Source: an uncultured Pelagibacteraceae bacterium (lineage in GTDB: Bacteria; Pseudomonadota; Alphaproteobacteria; Pelagibacterales; Pelagibacteraceae). Taken from it: a stretch of 64,000 nt of DNA. Shown here one piece after another: positions 28,658 through 42,593 of the stretch. Below the pieces are notes generated by a model that saw only the letters and a program-made list of their open reading frames with translations, had not been told where the DNA came from and did no database searches. Numbering within the stretch: the first letter of the stretch is position 1; every line of letters starts with the position of its first letter. The stretch lies in assembly GCA_902587215.1 (NCBI GenBank), contig CACIKJ010000002.1:6273-70272 (forward strand), written 5' to 3'. The position numbers were made by a program, and so were the translations under genes.

Positions 28658-30573
28658 TGTTAAATATAACTCTACCAGATGGAAATAAACTTAACTTTGA
28701 AAAAAAAGTTACAGGATTAGAAATTGCTGAAAAGATAAGTAAATCTCTTTCAAAACATGCTTTATTAATAAGTATTGATGGTAAACTGAAGGATCTTAAT
28801 ACGATTATCGATAAAGATTGCTCAGTTAAAATATTTACTTCAAAAGATAAAGAGGGACTTGAAACAATAAGGCACGATACTGCACATGTTTTAGCGATGG
28901 CTGTCCAAGAATTATTTCCAGGAACTCAAGTTACAATTGGCCCTGTAATAGAGGATGGTTTTTATTATGATTTCGCGAGAAAAGAACCATTCACAGATGA
29001 AGACTTAAAAAAAATTGAAAATAAAATGAAAGAAATTGTAGAAAGAGATGAAAAAACAACCAGGGAAGTGTGGCCTAGAAAAAAAGCAATTGATCATTTT
29101 AAAAAAATCGGTGAGCTTTACAAAGCTGAAATTATAAAAAGCATCCCAGAGGGGGAAGAGGTATCAATTTATTTTCATGGGAAATGGCATGATCTTTGCA
29201 GAGGACCACATTTATCGTCAACAGGAAAAATTGGTAAGTATTTTAAGCTTACAAAAGTGTCAGGAGCGTACTGGAGAGGAAATTCAAAAAATGAGATGTT
29301 GCAGAGAGTTTATGGTACGAGTTGGTCTACTCAAAAAGATTTAGACAATTATCTGAAAAGAATTGAAGAAGCTGAAAAACGCGATCATAGAAAGTTAGGA
29401 AAGGTAATGGATCTTTTTCACTTCAGGGAAGAAAGTCCAGGAGCTGTTTTTTGGCACGAAAAGGGATGGGCCTTATTTCAAAAACTTGTTTCCTATATGA
29501 GATTAAAACAAGATCAGGCAGGATATAAAGAAATAAATACCCCTGAAATTTTAGATAGATCACTTTGGGAAAAATCAGGTCATTGGGAAAAATTTGGAGC
29601 AAATATGTATACATCCGAAACCCCTGATCAAAAAATATTTGCGATTAAGCCAATGAACTGTCCAGGATGCGTCCAAGTCTTCAATCAAGGATTAAAAAGT
29701 TATAGAGACCTTCCATTTAAAATGTCAGAATTTGGAAAAGTTCATAGATATGAACCATCAGGTGCTTTACATGGTCTTTTGAGAGTGAGAGCGTTTACAC
29801 AGGATGACGCTCATATTTTTTGTACTGAAGACCAAATTACTCAGGAATGCTTGTCAGTTACAAACTTAATTTTAGAAATTTATAAAGATTTAGGATTTGA
29901 AAATATAATTTTAAAATATTCAGATAGACCTGACTTAAGAGTCGGTGATGATGATGTTTGGGATAAGTCAGAAGCTGCCTTAATTAAAGCTGTGGAGGCT
30001 TCGAAATTGGAATATTCAATTAACAAAGGAGAAGGAGCTTTTTATGGTCCCAAAATAGAATTTGTTTTGAGAGATGCAATTGGAAGAGATTGGCAGTGTG
30101 GAACTTTACAAGTTGATTTAAACTTACCAGGAAGATTAGGAGCAAGTTATGTAGATAGAGATGGATCAAAAAAAATACCTGTCATGCTTCACAGAGCATT
30201 ATTTGGTTCACTTGAAAGATTTATAGGAATATTAATTGAAAATTATGCTGGCAAATTACCTTTCTGGCTATCACCACTTCAAACAGTTGTGATTCCAATA
30301 TCAGATGATTTTAACGATTATGCAAAATCAATCCAAAAACAAATTAAAAATGCGGGCATATCGTGCGATGTAGATCTAAAAAGCCATAATTTAAATTATA
30401 AAATTCGTGAACATTCCAATGCAAAGGTACCAATGCTATTAATTTGTGGAAAAAAAGAAGTTGACTCTAACGCAGTAACTATTAGAAGATTGGATTCTGA
30501 CAAACAAGAAAACATGTTAATAAAAGAATTTATTAAAAAATACGCTGATCAAAATAAAGCTCCTTCAATTTAG
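28657..30573 (+). CDS. thrS: threonyl-tRNA synthetase
   Basis: RHDTAH, DLCRGPH, KPMNCP, QDDAHIF, HRALFGSLERF. Confidence 0.98.
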   Translation: MLNITLPDGNKLNFEKKVTGLEIAEKISKSLSKHALLISIDGKLKDLNTIIDKDCSVKIFTSKDKEGLETIRHDTAHVLAMAVQELFPGTQVTIGPVIEDGFYYDFARKEPFTDEDLKKIENKMKEIVERDEKTTREVWPRKKAIDHFKKIGELYKAEIIKSIPEGEEVSIYFHGKWHDLCRGPHLSSTGKIGKYFKLTKVSGAYWRGNSKNEMLQRVYGTSWSTQKDLDNYLKRIEEAEKRDHRKLGKVMDLFHFREESPGAVFWHEKGWALFQKLVSYMRLKQDQAGYKEINTPEILDRSLWEKSGHWEKFGANMYTSETPDQKIFAIKPMNCPGCVQVFNQGLKSYRDLPFKMSEFGKVHRYEPSGALHGLLRVRAFTQDDAHIFCTEDQITQECLSVTNLILEIYKDLGFENIILKYSDRPDLRVGDDDVWDKSEAALIKAVEASKLEYSINKGEGAFYGPKIEFVLRDAIGRDWQCGTLQVDLNLPGRLGASYVDRDGSKKIPVMLHRALFGSLERFIGILIENYAGKLPFWLSPLQTVVIPISDDFNDYAKSIQKQIKNAGISCDVDLKSHNLNYKIREHSNAKVPMLLICGKKEVDSNAVTIRRLDSDKQENMLIKEFIKKYADQNKAPSI

Positions 30574-31118
30574 TGCCTGATTTCAAAAATAACTATTTTC
30601 AAAAAAAAAATAAATCTTATGGACCGAGATATAATAATAGAATTAATTCTTCAGAAGTACAAGTAATCGATAGTGATGGTCAAAACTTAGGCATTTTAAA
30701 TCTTCAACAAGCAATAAGCAAAGCTAAAAATGAAGGTTTGGATTTAATTGAAATTGCACCTAATGTCCGCCCGCCAGTTTGTAAAATCATGGATATTGGT
30801 AAATATAAATATGATCAACAAAAAAAAGCTAGTAAAGCAAAAAAAAATCAAAAAAAAGTTGAGTTGAAAGAAATAAAATTAAGGCCTGTAACAGAAGTTC
30901 ATGATTATACTTTTAAAATTAAAAATGCTCAAAAGTTTTTATCAAAAGGGGATAAAGTAAAATTTACCATTAGATTTAAAGGTAGAGAGCTTCAACATGT
31001 AAACATAGGAAATGAATTAATGGAAAAAATTAAAGTAGACATGGAAAACATTGGAAAAATTGAATTACAACCCAAATTTGACGGAAAACAAATGATTATG
31101 GTGGTCCAACCAATTTAA
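30573..31118 (+). CDS. infC: translation initiation factor IF-3
   Basis: [31 protein letters not shown]; GTG start overlaps thrS TAG. Confidence 0.95.
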   Translation: MPDFKNNYFQKKNKSYGPRYNNRINSSEVQVIDSDGQNLGILNLQQAISKAKNEGLDLIEIAPNVRPPVCKIMDIGKYKYDQQKKASKAKKNQKKVELKEIKLRPVTEVHDYTFKIKNAQKFLSKGDKVKFTIRFKGRELQHVNIGNELMEKIKVDMENIGKIELQPKFDGKQMIMVVQPI

Positions 31119-31165
31119 TTATTCATGTTGTAAAAAAGATTGTATTTTGTATAACCCTTGAAATT

Positions 31166-31372
31166 ATGCCAAAATTAAAAACTAAAAGCTCTGCAAAAAA
31201 AAGGTTTAAGATTACATCTAAAGGTAAAGTAGTAATGCCTCAAGCAGGAAAAAGACATGGTATGATCAAAAGAACTAATTCGCAAATAAGAAAACAAAGA
31301 GGCACTACTATAATGTCAAAGCAAGATAGTAAAATTGTAAAATCATATATGCCTTACAACTTAAGAGGATAA
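31166..31372 (+). CDS. rpmI: 50S ribosomal protein L35
   Basis: [15 protein letters not shown]; position after infC. Confidence 0.96.
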   Translation: MPKLKTKSSAKKRFKITSKGKVVMPQAGKRHGMIKRTNSQIRKQRGTTIMSKQDSKIVKSYMPYNLRG

Positions 31373-31373
31373 A

Positions 31374-31730
31374 ATGGCTAGAGTAAAAAGAGGAGTTACT
31401 AGTAAAGCGAAACATAAAAAAATATTAAAGGCTGTAAAAGGTCAATACGGGAGAAGAAAAAATACAATTAGAATAGCAAAGCAAGCATATGAAAAAGCTT
31501 TGCAATATGCTTATAGAGATAGAAGAAATAAAAAAAGAGATTTTAAATCTTTATGGATTCAAAGAATCAACGCTGGAGTGAGAAATGAGGGTATTACTTA
31601 CTCTAAATTCATTAATGGATTAAGCAAATCAGGAATTAAGCTAGATAGAAAGATTTTAGCAGAAATTGCCTATGAAAATCCACAAGCTTTCAAAACCATA
31701 GTCAAAAAAGCTCAGGCTGCGTTGAACTAA
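31374..31730 (+). CDS. rplT: 50S ribosomal protein L20
   Basis: [22 protein letters not shown]. Confidence 0.98.
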   Translation: MARVKRGVTSKAKHKKILKAVKGQYGRRKNTIRIAKQAYEKALQYAYRDRRNKKRDFKSLWIQRINAGVRNEGITYSKFINGLSKSGIKLDRKILAEIAYENPQAFKTIVKKAQAALN

Positions 31731-31772
31731 TCTTTTTATTGTTTTTCTAATCTTAACAAATATTCTATTAAA

Positions 31773-32840
31773 ATGTCTGAAATAGAAAAAATAAAATCAC
31801 AATATTTAGATAAACTAGACAAATGTAGTTCAACAGACGATTTGAATATAATTAAAAACGAATTATTTGGAAAAAATGGTTTAATTACTAATCAGTTTAA
31901 ATTTATTGCCACAAAAACTGAAAATGAGAAAAAAAGTTTTGCTATAAAACTTAATGAGATTAAAATTATACTTCAAGAAAAACTTAATCTAGTAATTAAA
32001 CAAATAGAAATTGAAGAAATAAATAAAAAGTTATCAAAAGAAAAAATAGATGTTACTCTACCAGAGCGTTCTTTCAAGCAGGGTAAAATACATCCAGTAT
32101 CACAGGTAATTGACGAAATATCTTCAATTTTTTCTGAAATTGGCTTCAGTGTTGCAGAAGGTCCTGATGTGGAAAATGAATATAATAATTTCACTGCACT
32201 TAATACTCCTCAAAATCATCCTGCGCGAGATATGCATGATACTTTTTATTTAAGCGAAGACAAAAATTTATTATTGAGAACCCATACGTCTCCAGTACAA
32301 ATTAGAACAATGCTCAAAGGAAAACCTCCTTTTAAAATAATTGCACCAGGAAGAACTTATAGATGTGACAGTGATCAAACTCATACGCCAATGTTTCATC
32401 AACTTGAGGGCCTGCATATAGATAAAGATATTAATATGGGCCATTTAAAAGGTTGCCTTAACTATTTTATTAAAGAATTTTTTGAAGTAAAAAAATTAAA
32501 AATGAGATTTAGACCAAGTCATTTCCCCTTTACAGAACCTTCCGCGGAAGTTGATATTGGATATGATCTTAAAGATGGTAAAATCGTAATTGGTGAAGGA
32601 AATAAATGGTTAGAAATTTTAGGATGTGGAATGGTTCATCCAAATGTCTTAATAAACTCAAAAGTTGATCCGTCAAAATATCAAGGATTTGCTTTTGGCA
32701 TAGGAATAGATCGCTTGGCAATGTTAAAGTATGGAATTAAAGATCTAAGATCTTTTTTTGAGAGTAATTATAAATGGTTAAATCATTATGGCTTTGATCC
32801 AGTCGATGTTCCAACGAATTATAGGGGTTTAAGTCGATGA
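31773..32840 (+). CDS. pheS: phenylalanyl-tRNA synthetase alpha subunit
   Basis: [26 protein letters not shown]. Confidence 0.98.
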   Translation: MSEIEKIKSQYLDKLDKCSSTDDLNIIKNELFGKNGLITNQFKFIATKTENEKKSFAIKLNEIKIILQEKLNLVIKQIEIEEINKKLSKEKIDVTLPERSFKQGKIHPVSQVIDEISSIFSEIGFSVAEGPDVENEYNNFTALNTPQNHPARDMHDTFYLSEDKNLLLRTHTSPVQIRTMLKGKPPFKIIAPGRTYRCDSDQTHTPMFHQLEGLHIDKDINMGHLKGCLNYFIKEFFEVKKLKMRFRPSHFPFTEPSAEVDIGYDLKDGKIVIGEGNKWLEILGCGMVHPNVLINSKVDPSKYQGFAFGIGIDRLAMLKYGIKDLRSFFESNYKWLNHYGFDPVDVPTNYRGLSR

Positions 32841-35242
32841 AGTTCACCACTAAATGGTTAAAAGATCATCTGAACACTAATAAAAATGAACAACAAATCG
32901 TAAATACTTTAAATAGAATTGGATTAGAGGTTGAGTCTATTAATCCAATTAAAAATGAATTATCAGATTTTATAGTTGCAAAAATTATAAAAGCAGAAAA
33001 ACATCCAAATGCAGATCGTTTGAAACTTTGCGATGTTGATATTGGTGATAAAAATATTTTAAAAGTAGTTTGTGGCGCTCCAAACGCAAAAGATGGTTTG
33101 TTAACTGTATATGCACCACCAGGATCAGTTATACCAAAAAATAAAATGAAATTAGAGGTATCAAAAATCAGAGGTATAACATCGTATGGTATGCTTTGTT
33201 CAGAATCAGAATTAAATATATCTGGTGAAAGTCAGGGCATCATATCTTTAGGTAATAAATATAAAAATAAAGTTGGAAAAGGTTATTTTGACTCAAAAAA
33301 AGAAAATACAATTGAATTATCAATAACCCCGAATAGGCCAGATTGTCTAGGTGTACGTGGGATAGCTCGTGACTTAGCAGCCGCAGGAGTTGGTAAAATG
33401 AAGCAAATAAAAAGCAAAAAAATAAAAAAAAATAAAAAAAAAATAAATGTTGTAATTAAAAAATCGAAAAATCAATCTTGTTCAATTTTTGGGAGCTGTT
33501 TGATTACAAATATAAAAAATCAAGAAAGTCCAAAATGGCTTAAAGATAGATTAATCTCGGTCGGATCTAGACCCATTTCTGCAGTTGTTGATGTTACTAA
33601 TTTTATTATGTTAGATTTGAACAGACCACTACATGCTTACGATTTAGATAAAATAAATAACAAAATTATTGTTAGGGAGTCAAATAAGAATGAGTCATTA
33701 AATGCATTAGACAATAAAAAATATAATTTATCAGATGGTATGTGTGTAATTGCCGACGAAAGTGGTCCACTAGGTTTAGGTGGTATTATTGGTGGAACCA
33801 GTTCCTCAACCGAATTAGGTACAAAAAATATTCTTGTTGAGTCAGCCTATTTCGATCCATCGATAACTAGAAAAACTTCAAGTATTCTAAATTTGAATAG
33901 TGATGCAAAATATAGATTCGAAAGAGGAATTGACCCAAATTCAGTTGAGATTGGTTTGCAAAAAGCAGCTGATATGATTGTAGAAATTTGTGGTGGTGAA
34001 GTAAGCAACTTTCAAATCACAAAAACAAAAAAATTTTCTAAAAAAAAAATAATAATAGACAACAAATTCCCATCAAAAGTTTTAGGTATAAAAATTAATT
34101 CAAATGAAATAATCAATATATTAGAAAGTTTAGGCTTTAAATGTCAAAATAAAAAAAATAATATAAATGTAGAGGTACCGAGTTGGCGACCAGATATTTT
34201 AAGTAAAATAGATCTGGTAGAAGAAATAATTAGAATAAAAGGTCTGGATTCAATTAAGTCAATTGAACCTGAAAAAAAAAGAATACATCAAACTTTAAAT
34301 TATGAACAAAAACATTTCCATTTAGCGCAAAGATCTGTGGCGGCGAGGGGATACCTAGAAGCTATAACATGGTCATTTACAAATGAAAAAATTAATAATC
34401 ATTTTCTGAATAATAGAAAAATAAATAAATTAATTAATCCAATTAGCTCCGATTTAAGCGTTTTAAGATCATCAATTTTTTCAAATTTAGTTCAAAAGGT
34501 TAAAGAAAATATTGATAGAGGTGAGGAGAATATTTCGTTATTCGAAATAGGACCAATTTTTGAAGGAAAAAATCCTGGAGATCAAATAATAAATGTATGT
34601 GCAATTTCATCTGGATATGCTTCAAATCCAAACTGGAATGAGAAAGGAAGATACATTGATCTTTTTGATGTTAAAAAGGACCTATTACATACACTTTACG
34701 AGTTAGGAACAGAAAAAAATCAGATTGTAATTGAAACAACTAATTTGCCAAATTACTATCATCCTGGAAAAAGCGGCAATATTTCTTTTATAAATAATAA
34801 AAATAATTACTTCGCTTCATTTGGAGAACTTCACCCTAATATTATTAATCAACTAGATATCAAAACAAATTCATTAATTGGATTTGAAATAAATTTAGAT
34901 AAGTATGTTAAACTTAAACAAAATAATAAAAAATATAAAGTTAATTATGAAATTTCCGAATATCAAAAATCTGAGAGAGATTTTGCTTTTATTATTGATA
35001 AAAATATTCAAGCTCAAGAAGTAATAAATTTGATAAAAAACGTTGATACTTACCTTGTAAAAGATATCTCGGTTTTTGATCTTTATGAAGGTGAAAATAT
35101 TCCTAATGATAAGAAATCATTAGCTTTTAAAGTTGTTATTCAATCAAATGATAAAGCGCTTACTGAAAGTGATATAAATGCAGTCTCAAATAAAATAGTT
35201 AAAATAGTAGAAGATAAAACTGGTTCTAAACTAAGATCCTAA
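32837..35242 (+). CDS. pheT: phenylalanyl-tRNA synthetase beta subunit
   Basis: [28 protein letters not shown]. Confidence 0.97.
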   Translation: MKFTTKWLKDHLNTNKNEQQIVNTLNRIGLEVESINPIKNELSDFIVAKIIKAEKHPNADRLKLCDVDIGDKNILKVVCGAPNAKDGLLTVYAPPGSVIPKNKMKLEVSKIRGITSYGMLCSESELNISGESQGIISLGNKYKNKVGKGYFDSKKENTIELSITPNRPDCLGVRGIARDLAAAGVGKMKQIKSKKIKKNKKKINVVIKKSKNQSCSIFGSCLITNIKNQESPKWLKDRLISVGSRPISAVVDVTNFIMLDLNRPLHAYDLDKINNKIIVRESNKNESLNALDNKKYNLSDGMCVIADESGPLGLGGIIGGTSSSTELGTKNILVESAYFDPSITRKTSSILNLNSDAKYRFERGIDPNSVEIGLQKAADMIVEICGGEVSNFQITKTKKFSKKKIIIDNKFPSKVLGIKINSNEIINILESLGFKCQNKKNNINVEVPSWRPDILSKIDLVEEIIRIKGLDSIKSIEPEKKRIHQTLNYEQKHFHLAQRSVAARGYLEAITWSFTNEKINNHFLNNRKINKLINPISSDLSVLRSSIFSNLVQKVKENIDRGEENISLFEIGPIFEGKNPGDQIINVCAISSGYASNPNWNEKGRYIDLFDVKKDLLHTLYELGTEKNQIVIETTNLPNYYHPGKSGNISFINNKNNYFASFGELHPNIINQLDIKTNSLIGFEINLDKYVKLKQNNKKYKVNYEISEYQKSERDFAFIIDKNIQAQEVINLIKNVDTYLVKDISVFDLYEGENIPNDKKSLAFKVVIQSNDKALTESDINAVSNKIVKIVEDKTGSKLRS

Positions 35243-37047
35243 TGGACAATATCGATAATATTAGAAATTTTGCAATAATTGCACATATAGATCACGGCAA
35301 ATCTACAATTGCCGACAGAATTATTCATAAGTGTGGTGGTTTGACTGATAGAGAAATGAAGGCTCAGGTGCTTGACTCAATGGATATAGAACGTGAAAGA
35401 GGTATTACAATAAAAGCCCAGACTGTAAAATTAAATTATAAATCTAAAAATGGCAAAGAGTATATTCTAAACATAATCGATACTCCTGGACACGTAGACT
35501 TTAGTTATGAGGTAAGTAGATCTCTTTATGCATGTGAAGGTTCTATTCTTATTGTAGATAGTACACAAGGTGTTGAGGCACAAACACTAGCTAATGTTTA
35601 TCAAGCTTTAGATATGAATCATGAAATAATTCCAATACTTAATAAAATTGATCTTCCAGCTTCAGACTTAGATAGAACATCAAAACAAATCGAGGATGTA
35701 ATTGGTATAGAGACAAATAATGCAATACCTTGTTCTGGAAAAACAGGTGAGGGAATAGATGAAATATTGGAAAGTATTGTAAATTATTTACCATCCCCAA
35801 AAGGAAATAGAGATAATAATTTAAAATGTTTATTAGTAGATAGCTGGTACGATACTTATCTTGGAGTAGTAATACTAGTAAGAGTAATTGATGGCAAACT
35901 CACTAAAAACATGAAAATAAAAATGATGTCAACTAATCAAGAGTACACAATTGAGAAAGTAGGTGTTTTCACTCCAAAACCAAAAGATATTAATGAGCTT
36001 AATACAGGTGAAATCGGATTTATTATAACTGGTATAAAAAATCTTTCAGACACTAAAGTTGGAGATACAATATGTGACGCTAACAAGCCATTACAAAATG
36101 CATTGCCAGGTTTTAAACCAAGTAAACCAGTTGTATTTTGTGGCTTATTTCCAGTTGATAGTTCAGACTATCAAAAGTTAAAAGATGGTCTAGCTAAATT
36201 ACAATTAAATGACGCAAGTTTTTCATATGAGGCAGAGTCTTCTTCTGCATTAGGATTAGGTTTTAGATGTGGTTTTCTAGGTTTATTGCATTTAGAAATA
36301 ATCACAGAAAGATTAGAGAGAGAATTTGATATAAACCTAATTACAACCACACCAGGGGTTGTTTATAAAGTACATCTTAATAATAACAAAATTCTAGATT
36401 TACAGAATCCGTCAAGCCTACCTGACCCATCATTAATAAAAATTATAGAAGAGCCATGGATTAAAGCTACAATAATTACGCCCGATGAATATTTAGGTTC
36501 TATAATAAAATTGTGCCAAAATAAGAGGGGCATTCAAACAAATTTGAGTTATTCGGGAAATAGAGCGGTATTAAATTACGAAATACCTTTAAACGAAGTC
36601 GTATTTGATTTTAATGATAGATTGAAATCAATGACTAGTGGATACGCGAGTTTTGATTACGAGATAATTGCTCATAGAGAAGGAGATTTAGTTAAGCTGT
36701 CTATACTTGTTAATTCCGAGCCCGTAGATGCTTTAGCTATGATGGTTCATAAAGATTTTGCACAAATTATTGGAAGAGAAGTTTGTGAAAAGCTTAAAGA
36801 TTTAATACCAAGACATAATTTCATGATACCAATCCAAGCTGCTATTGGTGGCAAGATAATAGCTAGAGAAACAATAAAAGGTTTCAAAAAAGACGTATTA
36901 ACAAAGATTCATGGTGGTGGAGCATTAGACAGAAAAAGAAAATTATTAGAAAAGCAAAAAAAAGGAAAGGCTAGAGCAAAACAATTCGGAAAAGTCGAAA
37001 TTCCTCAGGAAGCTTTCATAGGCGTTTTAAAAATAAACAAGGATTAG
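35242..37047 (+). CDS. lepA: elongation factor 4
   Basis: [38 protein letters not shown]. Confidence 0.98.
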   Translation: MDNIDNIRNFAIIAHIDHGKSTIADRIIHKCGGLTDREMKAQVLDSMDIERERGITIKAQTVKLNYKSKNGKEYILNIIDTPGHVDFSYEVSRSLYACEGSILIVDSTQGVEAQTLANVYQALDMNHEIIPILNKIDLPASDLDRTSKQIEDVIGIETNNAIPCSGKTGEGIDEILESIVNYLPSPKGNRDNNLKCLLVDSWYDTYLGVVILVRVIDGKLTKNMKIKMMSTNQEYTIEKVGVFTPKPKDINELNTGEIGFIITGIKNLSDTKVGDTICDANKPLQNALPGFKPSKPVVFCGLFPVDSSDYQKLKDGLAKLQLNDASFSYEAESSSALGLGFRCGFLGLLHLEIITERLEREFDINLITTTPGVVYKVHLNNNKILDLQNPSSLPDPSLIKIIEEPWIKATIITPDEYLGSIIKLCQNKRGIQTNLSYSGNRAVLNYEIPLNEVVFDFNDRLKSMTSGYASFDYEIIAHREGDLVKLSILVNSEPVDALAMMVHKDFAQIIGREVCEKLKDLIPRHNFMIPIQAAIGGKIIARETIKGFKKDVLTKIHGGGALDRKRKLLEKQKKGKARAKQFGKVEIPQEAFIGVLKINKD

Positions 37048-37056
37048 TATTAATAT

Positions 37057-37863
37057 ATGAAAAGTAAAATTGTTGATTGTATTACATTTTTTAACGAGAA
37101 CTACATATTTGATTTAAGATATAATATTATTAAAAATGATGTAGATTTTTTAGTTGTTTGTGAATCATTATATGATCATAAGGGTAACAAAAAAGAATTA
37201 AATTTTAACTTCAATAAATATTCAAATGATGAAAAATTAAAATATTTTGTTCTAGAGGAGCCATTTCCAAAAAATAACAACCCTTGGACAAATCAAGCAA
37301 TCCAAAGAGAATTTTTATTAGAGAAACTTACTTTCGTAGAGAATGAAGATTATATTTTCTTCTCTGATCCAGATGAGATACCAAACCCAAATTTATTAAA
37401 AAACTTTCAGTTAAAAAAAAAATATGGGATTTTCCTACAAAAAAATTTTAATTATAAGTTTAATCTTTATAATAAATTTGAAACACCTTGGGATGGTCCA
37501 CGTGTGTGTAAAAAGAAAAATTTAAAATCAATTGATTATATGAGGCAAAAAGTCTGGGCAAAAAACTTAAAATATAGATTTTACAGAATCGATAAAGAGA
37601 GAAATATTGAATTATTTTTTGATGGTGGATGGCATTTTAATAATATTATGTCATCTTTAGATATCTCAAAAAAACTTAAAACATTCGCTCATTCAGAATA
37701 CAGTGGTGAAGAATTTTCTTCCCCAGATATTATAGATAAAAAAATACTGGGAAAAGAAGACTTATTTAATAGAGGTTATAAATACGAAAAAGTTGAATTA
37801 GACCAATCATTCCCAAAATATTTATTAGATAATAAAGGGTATTATTCTAATTTTATTCTATAA
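37057..37863 (+). CDS. glycosyltransferase family 17-like protein
   Basis: DCITFFNE, SDPDEIP DxD-type motif, GGWHF, KLKTFAH. Confidence 0.75.
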   Translation: MKSKIVDCITFFNENYIFDLRYNIIKNDVDFLVVCESLYDHKGNKKELNFNFNKYSNDEKLKYFVLEEPFPKNNNPWTNQAIQREFLLEKLTFVENEDYIFFSDPDEIPNPNLLKNFQLKKKYGIFLQKNFNYKFNLYNKFETPWDGPRVCKKKNLKSIDYMRQKVWAKNLKYRFYRIDKERNIELFFDGGWHFNNIMSSLDISKKLKTFAHSEYSGEEFSSPDIIDKKILGKEDLFNRGYKYEKVELDQSFPKYLLDNKGYYSNFIL

Positions 37864-38923
37864 GTAGTTTTGAGAAATTTAATAATTGTCTATTAATCAT
37901 TTCAGCTTGTAAGATGTTCATTTTCCTAGTTTGGTGAATTGGGTCACAAAATAGTTCATTCATATTATAATTATCTGTATCTAAATTCGAATTAATTATT
38001 TTTACAAATGGATAATAAATTTTTTCAATTTCGTTAATTTTATCATAATAAAGTTTGATTTCTAATTTATCACCTATGAAATCATAGCTGCTTAAGAGTG
38101 AAACAATATAAAATTCTTTAACACCAAATTTCTTAGAAAGTTCTATTGCCTCGATTGTGTTCAATTTAAAGTTTTCAAGAGCGTATGTAATATCCTTTTT
38201 TGAGGGTTCTATTTTATATACTTTGATTAATTGTAATTGGCTATTCGCTTTAGATTTTTGCAATATTATTCTCATTCTTGTAACAATTTTATCAAGAAAT
38301 GCATAAGACAAGAAATATGACTTTAATGTTTTATCTAAAGTTTTAATATCCATAATAAATTTAGTTTTAGTTGAGTGAGCAAAGTCATATTTTAATATAC
38401 TTTTATTTCTATAATCTTTAGATCCTGTTATTCGAATAGCATTAAATTTATTTGCCCACATTATTACATCAGGTACATTTCCATCGATATTTTGATATAA
38501 CAAATTAATTTGATTATCTGTAAATGCACCACCGAAGGCAAAATTTCTAAATTTAAAACTTCTATTTATTTTTGATAGTTCTGTTGGCCAAGATGATGAA
38601 TATGATCCTTCACAACCCGATCCTTCAGTAGTTGATCCACCAAAAACCCATACATTTTCATCTTTAATATTTATTAATTTATTTTTTTTTATGTCCTTTT
38701 GTTTATCAAATACTACTATTTGTAATTTCGACAAGTCTACAACATCGAATATGACAGATTTTTTAAATCCATATTTAAAAACATCAGAATTAGTCGGAAA
38801 AAAAACTAAAATTCGAATAAGTACTTCAAAAAAAATTAATAATATAAAAAGGTAGAAAATATAATATAAAAAATTTAATAATTTTCTTAAAAAAAAAGAA
38901 TTATTTAAAATTTTTTTAGTCAT
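37853..38923 (-). CDS. membrane-anchored SGNH/GDSL hydrolase-like protein
   Basis: N-terminal TM, FGGSTTEG block I, NFAFGG block II, DPIH block V. Confidence 0.65.
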   Translation of the reverse strand: MTKKILNNSFFLRKLLNFLYYIFYLFILLIFFEVLIRILVFFPTNSDVFKYGFKKSVIFDVVDLSKLQIVVFDKQKDIKKNKLINIKDENVWVFGGSTTEGSGCEGSYSSSWPTELSKINRSFKFRNFAFGGAFTDNQINLLYQNIDGNVPDVIMWANKFNAIRITGSKDYRNKSILKYDFAHSTKTKFIMDIKTLDKTLKSYFLSYAFLDKIVTRMRIILQKSKANSQLQLIKVYKIEPSKKDITYALENFKLNTIEAIELSKKFGVKEFYIVSLLSSYDFIGDKLEIKLYYDKINEIEKIYYPFVKIINSNLDTDNYNMNELFCDPIHQTRKMNILQAEMINRQLLNFSKLLIE

Positions 38924-39014
38924 AACTTTTTTGAGATAATATCTTTATATTATATATATTAATAAGAATATAAATGCTTTATAATTAAAGCTTTAAAACA
39001 TTTGAATGTAATTA

Positions 39015-39104
39015 GGAGAGATGGCCGAGCGGTTTAAGGCGCACGCTTGGAGAGCGTGTATAGGGGCAACTCTATCGTGGGTTCGAATCCCACTCTCTCC
39101 GCCA
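39015..39104 (+). tRNA. tRNA-Ser(GGA)
   Basis: GGAGAGA/TCTCTCC acceptor, CACGC-TTGGAGA-GCGTG anticodon arm, long variable arm, GTTCGAATCC, CCA. Confidence 0.97.
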
Positions 39105-39209
39105 AAAAATTCAAGTTTAAAGGTTGTAATCAAAAAGTATGTTAATTTTTTTTTTTTCATCAAATTAGCATTGAATATCAACATTAATTCAGCCAATTTA
39201 TATGGATGA

Positions 39210-41312
<2,103 letters not shown>

Positions 41313-42593
41313 ATGGAGTTTTTAAATAATTCTAAAAATTATTCATTAAATAGAAAAACCTATATAAATCTTAGATGGATCGCAATCATTGGTCAATTAA
41401 TTTCAATAAACTTAGCTTATCTTTTTTTTAACTTTGAATTTTCTTTTATTAAAGCAAATATAATAATCTTAATTGGTACAATAAGTAACATCTATCTAAT
41501 AAGTTTTTATAGTAAAAATTTACTATCAAATAGAGCTGCATTCTATTTTCTAATAATAGATATTTTACAATTGTCTCTACTATTATATCTAACAGGAGGT
41601 GTTTTAAATCCTTTTGTAATTTTTATAATAATACCCAGTGTTTTTGCATCCTTGAGTTTAGAAAAAAAAACAAACTATATTTTAATTATAATTACGTTAT
41701 TTAGTATTATATTTTTAACATTTTTCTATGAAGAAACTTCTTTACCATTTCCAAGTAAATCTTTAATTAATAATTATTTCTACTTTTCAATTCCAATATC
41801 ACTTGTTATTGCTCTCTGTTTTCTTAATTTTTTTGCAATAACATTTGGACAAGAATCTAGTTTAAGAAAAAATGCTTTAGATAAAACACAACAATTAATT
41901 GCAAAAGAGCATGAATTAGTATCTTTGGGTGGACAAGCTGCAGCAGCAGCTCATTCCCTAGCCACACCATTGTCTACTATCAAAGTAATTACCCAAGAAT
42001 TATCGAACTCATTTCGTGGAAATCAGGATGTTGAGAATGATATTAAGTTGTTAACTGAGCAAGTTGAAAGATGTAATCAAATTCTAAAAAAACTCACGAT
42101 TAATCCAGATGTTGATGATGAATTTATTGATTATGACTTAACATTATCAAATTATTTGAAAGAAATTATAAAATCATTTCAAGATATTAGTAAAAAAAAA
42201 TTTTTTTTTCAGGATAGTCAAAATACAAATCCATTAAAATTTAGAAGATCAATTGAAATAATATATGGCTTGAGAAATTTTATTGGAAACGCAAATAAAT
42301 TTGCAAAAGAAAAAGTATTTATCACAGTAAATTCTGATAGTGAGTTTACCGAAGTAATCATCGAAGATGACGGTGAAGGTTTTCCCAAAGATATCTTAGA
42401 TAAAATTGGTGAACCGTATATTAGAACTAAAGAAAATAATTATAATAAAAAATCTGGTTTAGGACTTGGGATTTTTATAGGGGGTACTTTGCTAGAAAGA
42501 AATTATGCTAAAGTAATTTGTAGAAACTCCATAACTAGAAACGGTGCAGAAGTAATAATTAAATGGAAAAATGCTGATTTAAAAGGGATTTAA
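41313..42593 (+). CDS. regB: RegB/PrrB/ActS redox sensor histidine kinase
   Basis: [16 protein letters not shown] quinone motif, AAAAAH H-box, ERC cysteine, DDGEGF, GLGLG. Confidence 0.88.
   Translation: MEFLNNSKNYSLNRKTYINLRWIAIIGQLISINLAYLFFNFEFSFIKANIIILIGTISNIYLISFYSKNLLSNRAAFYFLIIDILQLSLLLYLTGGVLNPFVIFIIIPSVFASLSLEKKTNYILIIITLFSIIFLTFFYEETSLPFPSKSLINNYFYFSIPISLVIALCFLNFFAITFGQESSLRKNALDKTQQLIAKEHELVSLGGQAAAAAHSLATPLSTIKVITQELSNSFRGNQDVENDIKLLTEQVERCNQILKKLTINPDVDDEFIDYDLTLSNYLKEIIKSFQDISKKKFFFQDSQNTNPLKFRRSIEIIYGLRNFIGNANKFAKEKVFITVNSDSEFTEVIIEDDGEGFPKDILDKIGEPYIRTKENNYNKKSGLGLGIFIGGTLLERNYAKVICRNSITRNGAEVIIKWKNADLKGI

Noticed and set aside
38993-39209. ORFs 38993-39196 and 39021-39209
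   Set aside because: Artefacts overlapping tRNA-Ser
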